DNA from: Zygophlyctis sp. KS116
Taxonomy: Eukaryota; Fungi; Chytridiomycota
DNA: 32,000 bases
Direction of reading: 5' to 3'
NCBI GenBank assembly: GCA_054661495.1
Contig: BAAFSQ010000076.1
Span: 8,084-40,083 of the forward strand
In this document: positions 1 through 13,200 of the stretch, piece by piece
Numbering within the stretch: position 1 is the first letter of the stretch
Layout: each line of letters opens with the position of its first letter
Position numbers and translations under genes: made by a program
Notes under the pieces: generated by a model
The model's database searches: none
Told to the model about the DNA's origin: nothing
What the model saw: the letters and a program-made list of their open reading frames with translations, nothing else

Positions 1-317
1 TCATTTAAAGAAACTGTATGGAACTGGTTTCAAAATAACTGTCAAATACCTTGACCAAGAATTAGCCAAGACTTTTATGAGCAATTTACTAAATTTGTAT
101 TGCGAAACTTGGTCCTTTACCGCCACATTTGCTACTGGAATGATTATTGAACTACTTCCCAAACAAGAAATCTCTTTGGCAGACCTTTTTGAAGATATAG
201 AGAATGGAAAAGATAATCATGGCATTGACTGTTGGAGTCTTTGCCAGACTACCCTTGAAGTAATTTTATTATTATTAATTGTAGCAAGTATTTATCAAGA
301 TTACAAACGAATCATAG
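1..317 (+). CDS. ABCA-subfamily ABC transporter, 3' end (5' part outside window); intron 260-284
   Basis: Frame 2 is open from base 2: HLKKLYGTGFKITV...LADLFEDIENGKDNHGIDCWSLCQTTLE. Removing the 25-nt intron gtaattttattattattaattgtag gives QTTLE|QVFIKITNES*. HLK..YG.G and S..QTTLEQVF are the typical C-terminal motifs of ABCA transporters. Confidence 0.85.
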
Positions 318-411
318 TATCTCTTGAAATCTCATCAATCTCATGAATTATAAAAATTGTAAAAGCAATAAAAATTATAAAAATAATAGAAATAATATTA
401 TAAAGAGTTCA

Positions 412-444
412 CAGTCACAAAACGCCAAGCCGTGAACGCGAAAA
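412..444 (+). promoter_or_regulatory. Candidate promoter elements upstream of VMA3: Homol-D-like CAGTCACA (412-419) and SBF/E2F-like ACGCGAAAA (436-444)
   Basis: Exact motif matches in the only GC-richer patch of a 136-nt AT-rich spacer, directly before an A-run and ATG 454. Short motifs, so function is unproven. Confidence 0.3.
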
Positions 445-453
445 ATAAAAAAA

Positions 454-993
454 ATGCCATTGACATTCACAGAAGCTTGCCCTGCTTACAGGTACTTTTC
501 CTAATTAATCTCTAGTCCATTCTTTGGAGCCATCGGATGTGCCGCCTCCATAATCTTTTCTTGTTTTGGAGCTGCCTATGGAACTGCTAAATCCGGTGTT
601 GGAATAGCAGCTATGGGAGTCATGAGACCAGAACTCATTATGAAGAATGTAATTCCAGTTGTTATGGTATATTTATTAATTTAAATCCAGGCGGGTATCA
701 TTGCAATTTATGGTGTTGTTGTATCAGTCTTGATCAGTGGAGGATTAAAACAAATGATGTCTTTGTATGCAGGATTTATATTTTTTGCTGCTGGTTTGTC
801 TGTCGGACTCTCTGGTCTTGCCGCAGGTTTTGCCATTGGAGTAGTGGGCGATGCAGGTGTTCGTGGGTCTGCACAACAACCAAAACTATTTGTGGGGATG
901 ATTTTAATTCTTATTTTTGCAGAAGTATTGGGTCTGTATGGACTGATTGTGGCTTTAATTTTGAATACTCGAGCGTCTGACGCAAGTTGCTGA
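454..993 (+). CDS. VMA3: V-type ATPase proteolipid subunit c, 163 aa; introns 492-515, 667-690
   Basis: Spliced product [20 protein letters not shown]...[42 protein letters not shown]...[37 protein letters not shown] includes the proton-carrying Glu. Both 24-nt introns contain an in-frame TAA. Confidence 0.97.
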
Positions 994-1017
994 GTAAAAT
1001 TTTACTTAATAAAAAAG
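994..1017 (+). other. Intergenic spacer with micro-intron structure (GTAAAA...CTTAAT...AAG) and an embedded AATAAA (1008-1013)
   Basis: gtaaaattttacttaataaaaaag spans exactly from the base after the VMA3 TGA to the base before the UTP10 ATG. Its 24-nt length, 5' site, branch-like motif and AAG acceptor match introns in this window, e.g. 18242-18269 gtaaattatttctgatctcataaaaaag. Confidence 0.5.
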
Positions 1018-4000
1018 ATGCCATCATCAGTTTTACAAAAGCAATTAAACAAGTTGAATGGAGGAAAGGAAAGACAAAAAAGTTTGCATTCCTCACTACT
1101 CTTTGAAAGATCTAAACAAGTGTCATTGCAAGAGATTTATGAAATTGCAAGAGTTGCATTTGAAGAATTTTGTGTGATTGACAAGAGATTTAATGATTTT
1201 TTGGAATTATTCTCAATGCATCGAATGTCTAGTCATCGAATGGGAATGGTAATGTATTTTAGGCTAAGATTAGAATTTGGAGGAAAATGAGCAGATAAAT
1301 GCACAAATTTCAAGGTTTTTGATGGTTTTGTCGCCACATTTTCTGCATTCTAATGCTTTCAAAGTTTTAGAGTATTTGATTAGACATTATAGGTAATGGA
1401 CAATCTGTAAATTCTAGGGTTCATGAGTATAATGTGGATGATGTAGTACGATGTATCATTTCTTATCATGAAACAAGACAATTTGTTCAAGTATTGTCTT
1501 GTTTAATTATTCAACAAGAATCACAATGGGGATTTTTAAAAGTGATTCAAAAGTCTAAAGTTCCATTGGATAGAAGTAATCTGGTAAAAAGAGTTATATT
1601 AGACTCGTCAATTCTGGTTTTTATTTTGGATACTGTTCAGAAATCTTTTAATTTAGGAATTTCTCATGTCTCTTTAACTACTTTTTTTAATTCTACTTTT
1701 ATGGATTTTATTCAAACCAAGAGTATGACAGAGAATGATTTGGCATTGATGGTTCCAAGATTATTATCATTTTTAAGTTTAAAGGAAAAGAATTTACAGG
1801 CATCTATAGTTATGATTATAAATCAGTTATCATCAAAGTGTATACTTGATGAAAAATTGATCTTTTTGATTTTGGAGAAAATGGCAGGGAATATGGATCA
1901 AGGGAATATAGGATTTATGCTCTCTGGAATGATTGTAATGATTCAGTTGCAAGATCAAAGACAGAGTTTGAAATTTCCTGTAAAGGTTATGGAGTCTATA
2001 AGAGATGTGAATGGAGCTTTTCAGGAATTAATGGCGATTAATGAAAAGTTTAATGCAGAAAAGTTTTTATGTCTATTACTATCATCTTGTCTATTGGCCT
2101 CTTTTGAACAATCAGGGGTAGATTCAAGTGTAGAACAAGGTCAAAATTTAGACTTTTTAAAGAAGCTTTGTGGAATAAGGTTGTCACCCACCGTTGCTGA
2201 ATTTCTATGTGATCAGTTATTGCAAACTATAAACAAAAATTCTGGAAATGATGCATCATTAATAATTTTCAAAGAGCTTTATCAAGTCATTCCAAATGAT
2301 CTTAATAATGTTCTTACAAAATACTATGATAATCTTTCTGATACAGCAAAGAAAAGTGATGCAGTGTTTGCTCTCACACAAAAGGCTTTGGAGGGTACCT
2401 TGGCTGAGCCGCTCAGTAATTCTGGGACTTCTCTGTTGTTGAGTCTGGAGCACCCTCATAGTCATTTAAGATGCATGGCAGTGAAAAAACTTGCAAAATC
2501 ATTGCATAAAAATGATGGGATTGTTTTTGATGCTGCTGAAATTGAAATGCTACTTATTAATCGGTTAAAAGATGACGATGAAGACGTTATTAGAGCTGTA
2601 TTGAAGATTAAAGATTTAGATACTGCCATTTCCTACAAGAAGCTTATGGATGTCCTTGATAGAATTATATGGAGTAGCTCAAAGACCAAGACTGTGATTT
2701 CAGCAATAACTGCATTGCTTCAATATTATAAGCTTGAGCATGATAGTCAAGTTGATCTTTCCGTTTTCCATGTCTGCTTTTGCTTTGCATTTTTGTCAAA
2801 AGGTAATAAGGATATCTCCCAGGCTTTGATTAAAAATTTAAAACTCTACCAGCCCAAGCTTTTCCCATTTTTGCAAGACGCTGAACTTTATGAATGCGAA
2901 AAGAAAGATTTTGGAGAACGGAACTACTCAATACTCACAAATCTGGCCAGTAAGCATAATTTTTAATAATAAATAGAGAATTCATCTGGAATTCTAGATG
3001 CTGTAATTGATGGCTGTCAGTTAGACAATCTGAAAAAAAGATTTGTATTTACATTGATTTTGAATGCATTAATAGAAGACTCAAAAGGTATGAATATCTC
3101 GGTTTATTTTATAGAATTCTCACCCACTCAAAGAGCACTTATCGTCAGTATAATTGAAGGCAATATGGTTACATATTTAAAAGCCGATCACAAAACTATT
3201 GATTTGAAAGCAATTGCTTTAAAAGACTTTTGTACACACGGTCTCGATATGGATAGAGTTGATGTCAAAGAAATGCAGTATATTTCACTGCTTTCACTGC
3301 AAAATATTTTGATTAAGAGTTTCAGCAATATGTCTAAATCAGACTGTGAATCTTTAGAAAGTATGCAATTGGCTACCCGATTATGCAGTATAATTTCGAA
3401 AATACCAGCCCAAAAAACTATAAATCAATTCCTGATCATTTTGTTTACACATTATAAGTCCGCAGTCTTGGGGCTTTGTTGTTTTCAGCTAGCCAATAGT
3501 GGTAATTTATCTTAATATTTAAATTTAGATCTTCCGGTAGAGGTTAGGATGCTTTCTCTAAAGATTATGTCGGCTTATCTCCAATCCGCCGTTTTGGGAG
3601 CAGAAATGCAACATTTAGCACCATTTATTTTGATGGCATGCTATGATTGCTCAAATGCATTGAGGTCTGTTGGGCTTCAAATATTGAAAATGCTTCATTC
3701 AAGATCTGAATCTCATGGGCTTTCTCATGGGTTACATATCAATAGAATGAATTTAGAGACAGTCAAGTGTATGAATAGTGAAAAGAATTCACTTTTGATG
3801 TCTAAGGTTTTGGAGAGACATGCTGAAATTCTTGGGGACTGGACTCAGTTGCCATCATACATCGGGGAATTGTGCAAGGATAGGTATGACTTATTTTTTA
3901 AACTTATAGTGAAATATTATCTTTTTTTACCAGCTTTATAGTATCATCGTCGGATGAGCTTTTGCAGAACACTTTGCTGTCGTTAATAGCAGAAGTTGAC

Positions 4001-7000
4001 AGTGTAAACAAATTCAAATCACTCTTTCCAATGTTTTCCAAGATGTCTGAATTGGAAAGTATAGATGAGAAACAGGCTCGTAAAATCTCACTATTAACGT
4101 CTTGCTATACACCCAATATCGCAAAGTTCATGAATTCATCAAACTCTTCACGCTATTTTTCTGCTTTTACTAAATTTCTGACCAGAAGAGATTTTGCCAG
4201 TGTTATATTAGCACTATTGAAAATGATCACTCAGGAGTTCTTTGATAATCTTCACACTGAACAGCAGACAGAGTTAGTGGAAAAACTTTATCAAATCTTA
4301 GGTTATGAAGACTCTGAACTTGCCGAAAAAGCTAAGCTAATCTTGAACCAATTATCTTTATCCTCTTTCCATATTTTACCTATTTTAAAGGCTAATGTGG
4401 TTTCTAAAGTTGATGAAAGCAAAAAAATCAAAACTGAAAAAAATACAGCTGATAGTTTGAGTAATTTATTTACATGCTTTCTGGAAATATTGGATTCAAA
4501 ACAAAACATTGAAAATCGACAGGATTTGGTTTCACCGCTTTTCGATATACTTAAAGGAATCCTAGATATGGAATTCAACCTACATGAATATATGAAACAA
4601 CTGCTTCTATCTATAATCAATGATATAGTTTCTTCCTTGAACGAACTGAATCTAACTATTGATTCTAATCTTATTCATATTGACACGTTTTTGCAGTGCA
4701 TTCGCGTCACAGATAATGTGCAATCACATAATTTTGTTTTCGATTGTTTATCAAGTGTTACATGCATGCATCCTGAACTGGTTTTAACGAGTGTGATGCC
4801 AATATTTACTTTCATGGGAACCAATGTTCTACGTCAAGATGATGATTTTAGTTTCTTTATTATCAAAAAGACAATTATGGCTATTGTGCCAACTCTTGTG
4901 CGGGATGGTATTATGCAGAAGGAGCTGCAAGGAATTTTGGATGTATTCCTGAATGCTCTACATCATATTCCTAGGCATCGCCGGCTTCCAATATATAAGA
5001 TTCTTATAGAGGAACTTGGACCAGCCTTGTTTTTAGGAAAAGTATTGTTAATGATCTTAGAAAATGATTCCTCTGATAGCCGAACTTGGGCTTTAAAAAA
5101 TACATACAACTTTTGCAGCCAGCTAATTGCTGAATTTTCTGTTGATATGCAACTCAATGTAAGTTATATATTAATTAATGAATAAGGCATTGACATTTAT
5201 TTTAAGTTCTGTTCATGAACAATTAAAAGCTAAAAAAAAGGGGATGAAAAATCACACGGAGGTTGTAAACTTTGTGAATATTTGTCTTAAAAATGACGAA
5301 ATGGTTAAATTGATCACATTGAATGAATCCGGAATTAAAAAAGATATAACATCTTTCGTAGAAGTTCTGCTTCAAGGAATATGCCAATTAGAGAAAGGTA
5401 AGATATATTTAAGAAAACTTAATCATATAGACGAGGACCTTCCAGGACTCCCAGAAGCCTTCCACTTAATTATGGGTATCTTGCCAATTGATCAGTTTAT
5501 TGAAACTATTAAAACCTTGTTTCAACATACAGATGAAAACGTGGCGATCAGGGCAATCTCAACTCTTGAAGATAAAATTGTTAGTCACAATACTGATCCG
5601 AATTATTGCCATGCATTGCTCCCTCTTGTTAATTCAATCATTAGCTTATCAAACTCCAAAAAGCAGATATCTGAAAAAGTTCAAGCAACTTTCTCTTGTT
5701 GCGGGGAGTTGGCTCGAGCTTTAGGTGAATCATTCCGGGAAGATTTAGTTACATTGGTACCTTTTATTATCGGTGCTAACGGACTTCGGAATACAAAACC
5801 AGATGTTGTCTCGTCTGCCATGATGACATTGAATTACTTCTTAAGGAGCTTGGGTGCTCGAATAATCCCATTTCTGCCTCAATTCATGCCACAGGTCGTT
5901 AATATACTTCGTAGAGAAATTCAGTCAAATTCTCAAGATCCCTTAATGCTTTCAACCGTATTTCTAACGATTGATGTTGTTTCAGAAACTTTGCCGCAGT
6001 TTATCAGCTCTTATACACCTGACATTATCAAACTTGCAGTTAATCCCAATATCTTCAAATTAAAGGGCTTGAAATCGTTGGAATCTGCGTCTAATTCTCT
6101 GGGAGCTATGTCTGAATACATTTCTCCCAGACACCTCTTGCCTACCATATTTTCATCACTCAGTGATTCATTTAATTTCGGAAAAACCAGTTTGATGGTC
6201 TTGTTTAACTTTCTAAACAAAATTTTAAAGAATATCAGCAAAACAGATATTTTGGAATTCCGATCTGACTTGACAAAGTTCTTCCTGGAAGCTTTTGATT
6301 TTAGATCCAAGATCAAGGAGAATCTCATTTCTACCGATATGCTATCATTGGAAAATTGCATTATCTCCTCATTTTTCCAGCTAGTTCTAAAATTAAATGA
6401 CGAACATTTCAAGCCTATTTATTTGAAAATGGTTGATTGGGCAACATTAAGCATATCTTTTGATTCCTTATCTCAAGATGATATGATTAAGCGACAAATT
6501 ACTTTTTATCATATCTTGGATGAAATGTTTACACGCTTAAAGGTATTTTTACATTATTTATTAACAATAGGGTCTATTAATTCCCTACTATAACTATACA
6601 ATTGATCCATCACTTTTAATACTTGAAAACTTTAAAAAAGGAAATGATTATCTTGACTTATGGACCTCTTGCCTATCTACAATCCAAAAGTATTTAGAAT
6701 TTAATGATAAAGGTAATAATACTCTACAATTAAACATATTAGGAAGTCTGGATGACACAAAGTTTACCAAAGTACTCACAGCTCTTTTAAATCAATTGGA
6801 TTTAAATAATGAATTTGAACAGGATTATTTGGAGCTTATGTCTAGATCTATATTACCTTGTATCAGTGAATTAGCAGTTTTCACTAAAGATGAATCTCAA
6901 AGAAAACAAATCAATAAGGCTTTATGCTTAAAGACTCGATCTAATGAAACTGAAACCCGGTTAATGACTGTCTTGATCTTGAAAGATGTTTACAAGCGTG

Positions 7001-7152
7001 TTGGGGAGCCCATGTTAACCTTTTTCCCTGAAACTATTCCATTTATAGCAGAACTAATGGAGGACGAAGATTTAGAAGAGCCTACTCAGGATCTATGTCT
7101 TGTTATTCAAGATCACTTGGGAGAACCCATCCAACAGTACTTCACACAATAA
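1018..7152 (+). CDS. UTP10: U3 snoRNA-associated HEAT-repeat protein Utp10/HEATR1, about 1952 aa; 10 micro-introns
   Basis: N-terminus MPSSVLQKQL...SPHFLHSNAFKVLEYLIRHYRVHEYN; central VMPIFTFMGTNVLRQDDDFS and HIPRHRRLPIY; C-terminal LKLNDEHFKPIYLKMVDWA and FFPETIPFIAELMEDED...LGEPIQQYF. Required introns: 1249-1273, 1393-1417, 2950-2976, 3502-3528, 3884-3909, 5159-5186, 6543-6570. In-frame candidates: 3088-3114, 5398-5430, 6713-6742. Confidence 0.93.
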
Positions 7153-7216
7153 ACGTTTTAGTTCCTAACCAGGAGATTGAGTTGCATTAGCCTTGTCCTT
7201 AAAAATAAACAAGTCG

Positions 7217-10200
7217 ATGGATCTACAGAATTGCCAAGTCTCTGCACTAAGGCTTACTGATGACTCGGTGGATAATTCTGTTAAACTGGCGATTTTGAAT
7301 GAACTTCGGGATGGAATTGAAATCGTTCAAAGCCTCGAATATTCAAAGTATTTGGCACTTTTATTACCAGTGTTTATTCAACTGTTGAAGCAAGTAGACG
7401 TTTCATTTCAGTCACAGGAACTCGATCAGAAGATTAGGATGGTTGTATTGGAAATTTGTCACAGGCTTCCTCAATCTGAGGCGCTAAAGCCTTGGGCCGG
7501 CGAACTGATTGGTTGTCTAATGAATGTATTAGTAAATGATAATGAAGATGTTGCATCACTTGCTCTAAAGGTAATTTTACATTACTAAATCAAGGTGATT
7601 GTAGATTTACACAAGAATTACAAGTCAGCAGTAGAAGGACATGTTCAAGCCTTTTTTGATTTTGTAGAAATGGGATATAAAAATATTGAAGAAACTGTGG
7701 CAAAAGTATTTGCAGAAAGTGTATATTGTTTTTCTTTAATTTGAAATAGGTGCCAAATACTCCAGGATCAAGTGCAGGTAATGACGCACCAAGAAAGTTG
7801 AAGAAATCTTTGAATTCTTTCAAAGTATTGACAGAATGTCCGATTATTATTGCTTTGCTGTTTCAATTGCACAAGAAATATGTTGCTGCAAATGTTCCTG
7901 TTTTAGTACCTCTGATAATTAAAGCTATACAATTGGTTCCTATTGCACAAGAAGTTGCCCATTCTAAAGCAAAAAAGGAAAAAAAGCTACAGATTGGGAT
8001 GACTAATGAAATTGCTAATAAGACTGCTTACTCGGAATTAATTGCACTACAGGTATTATAATTTTTAGACTGAAATATAGGTTAAAACATTGTCATTTAT
8101 TGCTTATATTTTGCGTAGTTTTGTCAGTCATTTAAAACCATATCAAGATGCTATAGCAGATGCTGTATTGGCTTTAATGCAGAATTGTCCAAGTGATGAT
8201 TCAGTTACTAGAAAAGAATTATTAGTTGCAACCAGGCATATACTTTTTACAGATTTTAGATTGCCTTTTTTAAGGTATGTAGATTTGCTTTTGGATGAAA
8301 ATGTAATTGTGGGCACTGGATTAACATCTCGAGAGACTTTACGGTAAATTATTGTATTGATTAATATTATAGTCCTATAGCTCACTCTGTACTTCAAGAC
8401 TTGCTTTATCATTTACGAAATGATTTAAATCAATCACAAATCTCGAAAATTATTACGATATGTGCCAAGAATTTGCATGATCCATCCTTTAGTTTATCCA
8501 TGCAAATGATCTGTTTGAAGCTTCTAATCAATTTTACAGAGCCGATAACCAGATTACCCTCTAAATTTGAAAGTAGGATTAGTTTTTTAAATTTTTTAGG
8601 CAGGCTTCTACTGGTAAGAATTTTGGATGCGCTTGAAAAACGATTTGTTGCATTGAGAATGTCTATGAATTCAGTCGTTCAGCATGTCAAATCATCGCAA
8701 TCCAATCCAAAATCAATGGCGGATGGTCAGCAATCACTAACAAATTTATTGGATGAGAATACATCACCAATATCCTCTTATATGGATATTGGCTTCGTCC
8801 AACCGATTAAAACTTCAGCCCGCTTTTTAGATGGATCTATAGATGTACTGAAAGGTTAGTGTTTTTAATAATTGTTAGATGTAAAATTGATGTTTAAGTC
8901 TCTCAGTCAAGGGACTAAGTCGGTTACAGCCGCTTTGCGACTTGTTAGTAGTTCAGTTCCTGCTTTGGGGATGGATCAGCCCGTTCCCGTCAAGTCTCTT
9001 GAAGATCAAGTTGGTGTTTATATGAATATTTTGGTTAATGGCTTGGAATGTTTGGACTTGTATAACATAGATCTGCTTCTTAAACCAGAGTCTGCAAAAA
9101 ATGAATCCGTAGCTACAAGTCATGGAATCAGTCCAACTGCTAAGGAAGATAAAGAAGCCATGGATGCGTTTGCGCTTATATTTGGAACTTTAGAGCCTTT
9201 TGTTTTCCAGGAAATCTTTGAATCTAAAATGCCTTTCCTCTTTGAAAGAATGGTTCAGAATTCTTTTGGATTACTTATACCTCAATTTTTCTTGGCCAAC
9301 ACTGCAACATCACCTGGTTTTATTGGACTTCTTCTGCGCTATCTTGTGGATAGACTTGAAGATTTGGGTTCCGCTAATCAAACACTGACAAATGTGATGC
9401 TAAGGCTGTTCAAGCTCATATTCATGGCCATAACTCTGTTCCCGGAAAAAAATGAACCGGTTCTTCGTATGTTTTTGGGAAATTTAATTGTTAATTCTAT
9501 GAAACTCTCTTCAAAAGCAAAAGTTCCTGTCAATTACTTTCTTTTGCTAAGATTTTTGTTCAGAAGTATTAGCGGAGGGCGATTTGAGCTACTATACCAG
9601 GAGGTATTACCGCTTCTTCCCTTGCTTTTTGAAACTTTAAATTCATTGCTGGCATCTCCCCACAAAAAGCAGATGAAGGAGTTGTTTGTTGAACTCTGTT
9701 TAACAGTCCCTGTAAGATTAAGTGTTTTGCTACCGTTTTTGTCATACTTAATGCGCCCTTTAATTTTGTCTCTATCTGCAAGCACAGATCTAGTTAGTCA
9801 GGGCCTAAGAACCTTAGAGCTATGTGTTGACAATTTAACTCAGGAATTTTTAGAACCGATGATAACTCCATATATTGATGATCTAATTGCTGGATTGTGG
9901 CGGCACTTGAAGCCATTACCGTACAATCAGATCCACAGTCATACAGCTATGCGTATTTTGGGGAAATTGGGTGGGAAAAATCGTCGCTTTATGAATAACC
10001 CTTCTGGTTTCCAGATCAAAAACGAAGAGAAACTGAAATTAAACCTCTCTTTCACCTTTAAAGAGAGTGATAAAGTTAATACCTGTAATTTAGAAGAAGT
10101 TCTTATGATTGCAATGCAAATATTGGAGGATAATGATGAACGGGAGTACTCATACAGGCAGGCGTTTGAATTTGTAAAATCTTGTTTGCCGCTTTTAATG

Positions 10201-13200
10201 GATTTTCTCCCATACGAATCATTTTTAAATCTTTCTTTAAAAATGAAATCGCAACTCAAAGAGGGTAGAAATCAGACGGATTCAAATGAAATGCAAGTAT
10301 CTGATGAGCCATTTAGTTTTCAGCCAGATGTTTCCTTCAAATGTATTAATTCATTAGAGCATACTATTTATACTCTTTTTAAGGCAATTTTTTCAGCAGC
10401 TGTTATTCATGAATCGCTTCAAAACGAAGCGGAAATTCTTTTAGATCATTTTACACAATATTTTACTCTTGTATCAATAGTAGAGGCTAAAAAATATGGT
10501 GATTTCAAAACATCGGACGATTCTGCCGATCGTTCATACAACGAAACGGGCTTTCTAAAGGCGCTGGCTGATGCCATTGCATCCGAAGATGAGAAGAAAC
10601 GCATGATTGGCGAGAAATGTGTTATCAGCATTTATAATTATTACAAAGCTCATGCTTCTCCTGATATGTCTCTTGGAGGGTTTCCATCTTTTCATATTTT
10701 AGCGACTCTTTTCTGTGGGCAATGCTATGATCGAAACCCCCCTGTTAAAAATGGTGGCTGTTACGGAATATCTATTCTGTCATCAAAGATTGATCTTGGC
10801 TGTGGATGGATGCTCAATCATGAGCTTGATTTTGTAAAATCCCTTTTATTTGTACTTAAGGATTGCTCACCATATATTTCTTCATCGAATTTAGAAGCAT
10901 CCGTCCAGACTTTCTCACATGTTCTCAAGGTTTGCAATAGACAAGAAGATGAAGATGGGAGCTCAGATAGGCAAGCCAAATTTAATAATTTGGTTTCATT
11001 ATTAATCTCTGAATTGTCTAATTCTAATTCTATAGTAAGGGAGACAATACAATCAGCTTTTCAACTATTGGCAGATCTCACTGGAAATGAAGTCACAGAA
11101 ATAATGACACCGGTCCGTGAACGTCTTCTTGCACCCATTTTTGCAAAACCGTTGCGCGCACTTCCTTTTGCCATGCAAATAGGCCATATAGACGCCATTA
11201 CTTACTGTCTTTCTCTTAGACCCCCACTACTCTCCTTTTCAGAGGAATTAGTAAGATTGATACAAGAGGCCCTCGCCCTCGCCGATGCAGAGGATCAAGC
11301 TCTGGTCAGTAAATCAAACCAATATAAAAATGCAACATCTCTGACGAATCTTCGTGTTGTATGCATTAAACTTCTTTCTGCAACGATGGCCAGTTCTGAA
11401 TTCATGGCGCCCAAACAGGCTCCTACTAGGTCTAGAATTATCTCGGTGTTTTTTAAATCTTTATATTCGAAGTCTACAGAAGTCGTGGAATGCTCTTATA
11501 AAGGTAGAATTTTTTATTATAAATATCCAGGTCTTCAACAAGTCCTTTCGCAGCAGCATAAAATCCCAAAAGATTTACTTCAGGCAGGTCTTCGACCAAT
11601 TCTGATAAACTTGTCTGATCATAAGCGTCTGACTGTTTCAGGTCTAGAAGGACTGGGGCGTCTGCTTGAATTGTTGAATAACTATTTTAAAGTGGAAATC
11701 GGAAAGAAGCTTTTAGATCATTTAAGAGTATGGGCAGATCCTGCGGTCCTGGAAGACGCGTCGAATCGGCCTATAAATGAAGTTGAAGAAGTGAGAATTA
11801 TTGCGGCCATCTTAGATATATTTTGTCTACTCCCTGCTTCGGCTAACATGTTCTTGGAGGATGTTATAAAGGAACTAGTTTCTTTAGAAGCTAAGCTACA
11901 TAGAACGTCTTCTAGTCCTTTCAGAAAGCCTGTGCTTAAATTTCTGGGCAGATACCCTAGTGAGTCCATAGAATATTTCTATGGAAAAATATCTGATAAT
12001 GCCCATTTTGCTGATTTATTTAGTTCCCTATTGGATTCGGAGCACGCTTCTATTTTAAGAATGGAGGTTATCAGGACCTATCAAAGGCTTTTAGAAATTA
12101 CCCTCAAGTCTAAATCCAAGAATTCCTTGGAGTGTAAGAAGCAAGGCATTATTGTTCTAGCTAAGATAGTGAAGCATAATCCTAGTTGGATGGAAGAAGA
12201 TCTTGTTTTAAGTATTAAAACCATCTGGGATGAAATTTTTGACAATAACGGATATCAGCGGTTCCTTTCAGAAGAGGTTTCTCAGTCTCAGAATATTCTT
12301 CGAATTATGATCTCAAGTGCAAAGAATTCCCCAGTAGACATTGAATTACTTTTTGCTATTTTACAGGGATTCGAACGGAATGACATTTTAGACACCGGGG
12401 AATTAAAACAGTTTATATTTGATCATATTAGCCAAAATTTGGATGTCAAAATCAAGCGCAGCATAATTGAACGTTTTCTTTCTATATTTGCTGATGAAAG
12501 AGTTTCACAATTGTACAAGCGTAATGTTTTGCGATTTTTGGTAAACCCCATGTTACTTCAAACCGTTCAAATGGATCCAGAAATATTTGCAGAAATTATT
12601 GATCTAGAGATTATAAGCCAGGTACAAAATCAAATATGGGCTCCCTTATCAACTGAAAAATTGGATAATATAATTACTGAAGACTTCTTGAAGGTGGAAT
12701 TGCTTCAGTTGACTGCCCTTCTTATTCAATATGCCTCAAATTCAATTAGTGAGATAAGGAAAGATTTGATAAAGTTTGCATGGAAACATTTTAAAGTCGA
12801 CGATACTATTTGCAAGCAGGCAGCTTATGTCGTTTTAGCCCGGTTTATCCGAGAATATGAAACACCGGTAAAAATTGTTATTCAAATTTATGTTGCTCTA
12901 CTAAGAGCATATCAGGCCGAAGGAAAAACATTAGCAAAGCAGGCTTTGGATATTTTGTTACCAGTCCTTCCACAGCGAATGTCAGATTCTGGATCTGACA
13001 TTAAAATGGCTACTTGGGTCCGATGGACTAGAAAAATTATAGTTGAAGAGGGCCATAACACATCACAGCTGGTTATGATATATCAATTAATTATTCGACA
13101 TGCTCAGCAGTTTTACGAAAGCCGGGATCACTTTATCCCACATATAGTATTCAGTCTTGCTAAGTTGGGACTTTCTCCAAATGCTACTGCTGAAACGCGA

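Noticed and set aside
77-346. 89-aa stand-alone ORF with a hydrophobic tail
   Set aside because: It is the ABCA C-terminus; the hydrophobic VILLLLIV stretch is the translated intron 260-284.
7137-7161. 25-nt GT-AG segment spanning the UTP10 stop
   Set aside because: Splicing would delete the family-like QQYF terminus and give an immediate stop, with no fusion to TRA1.
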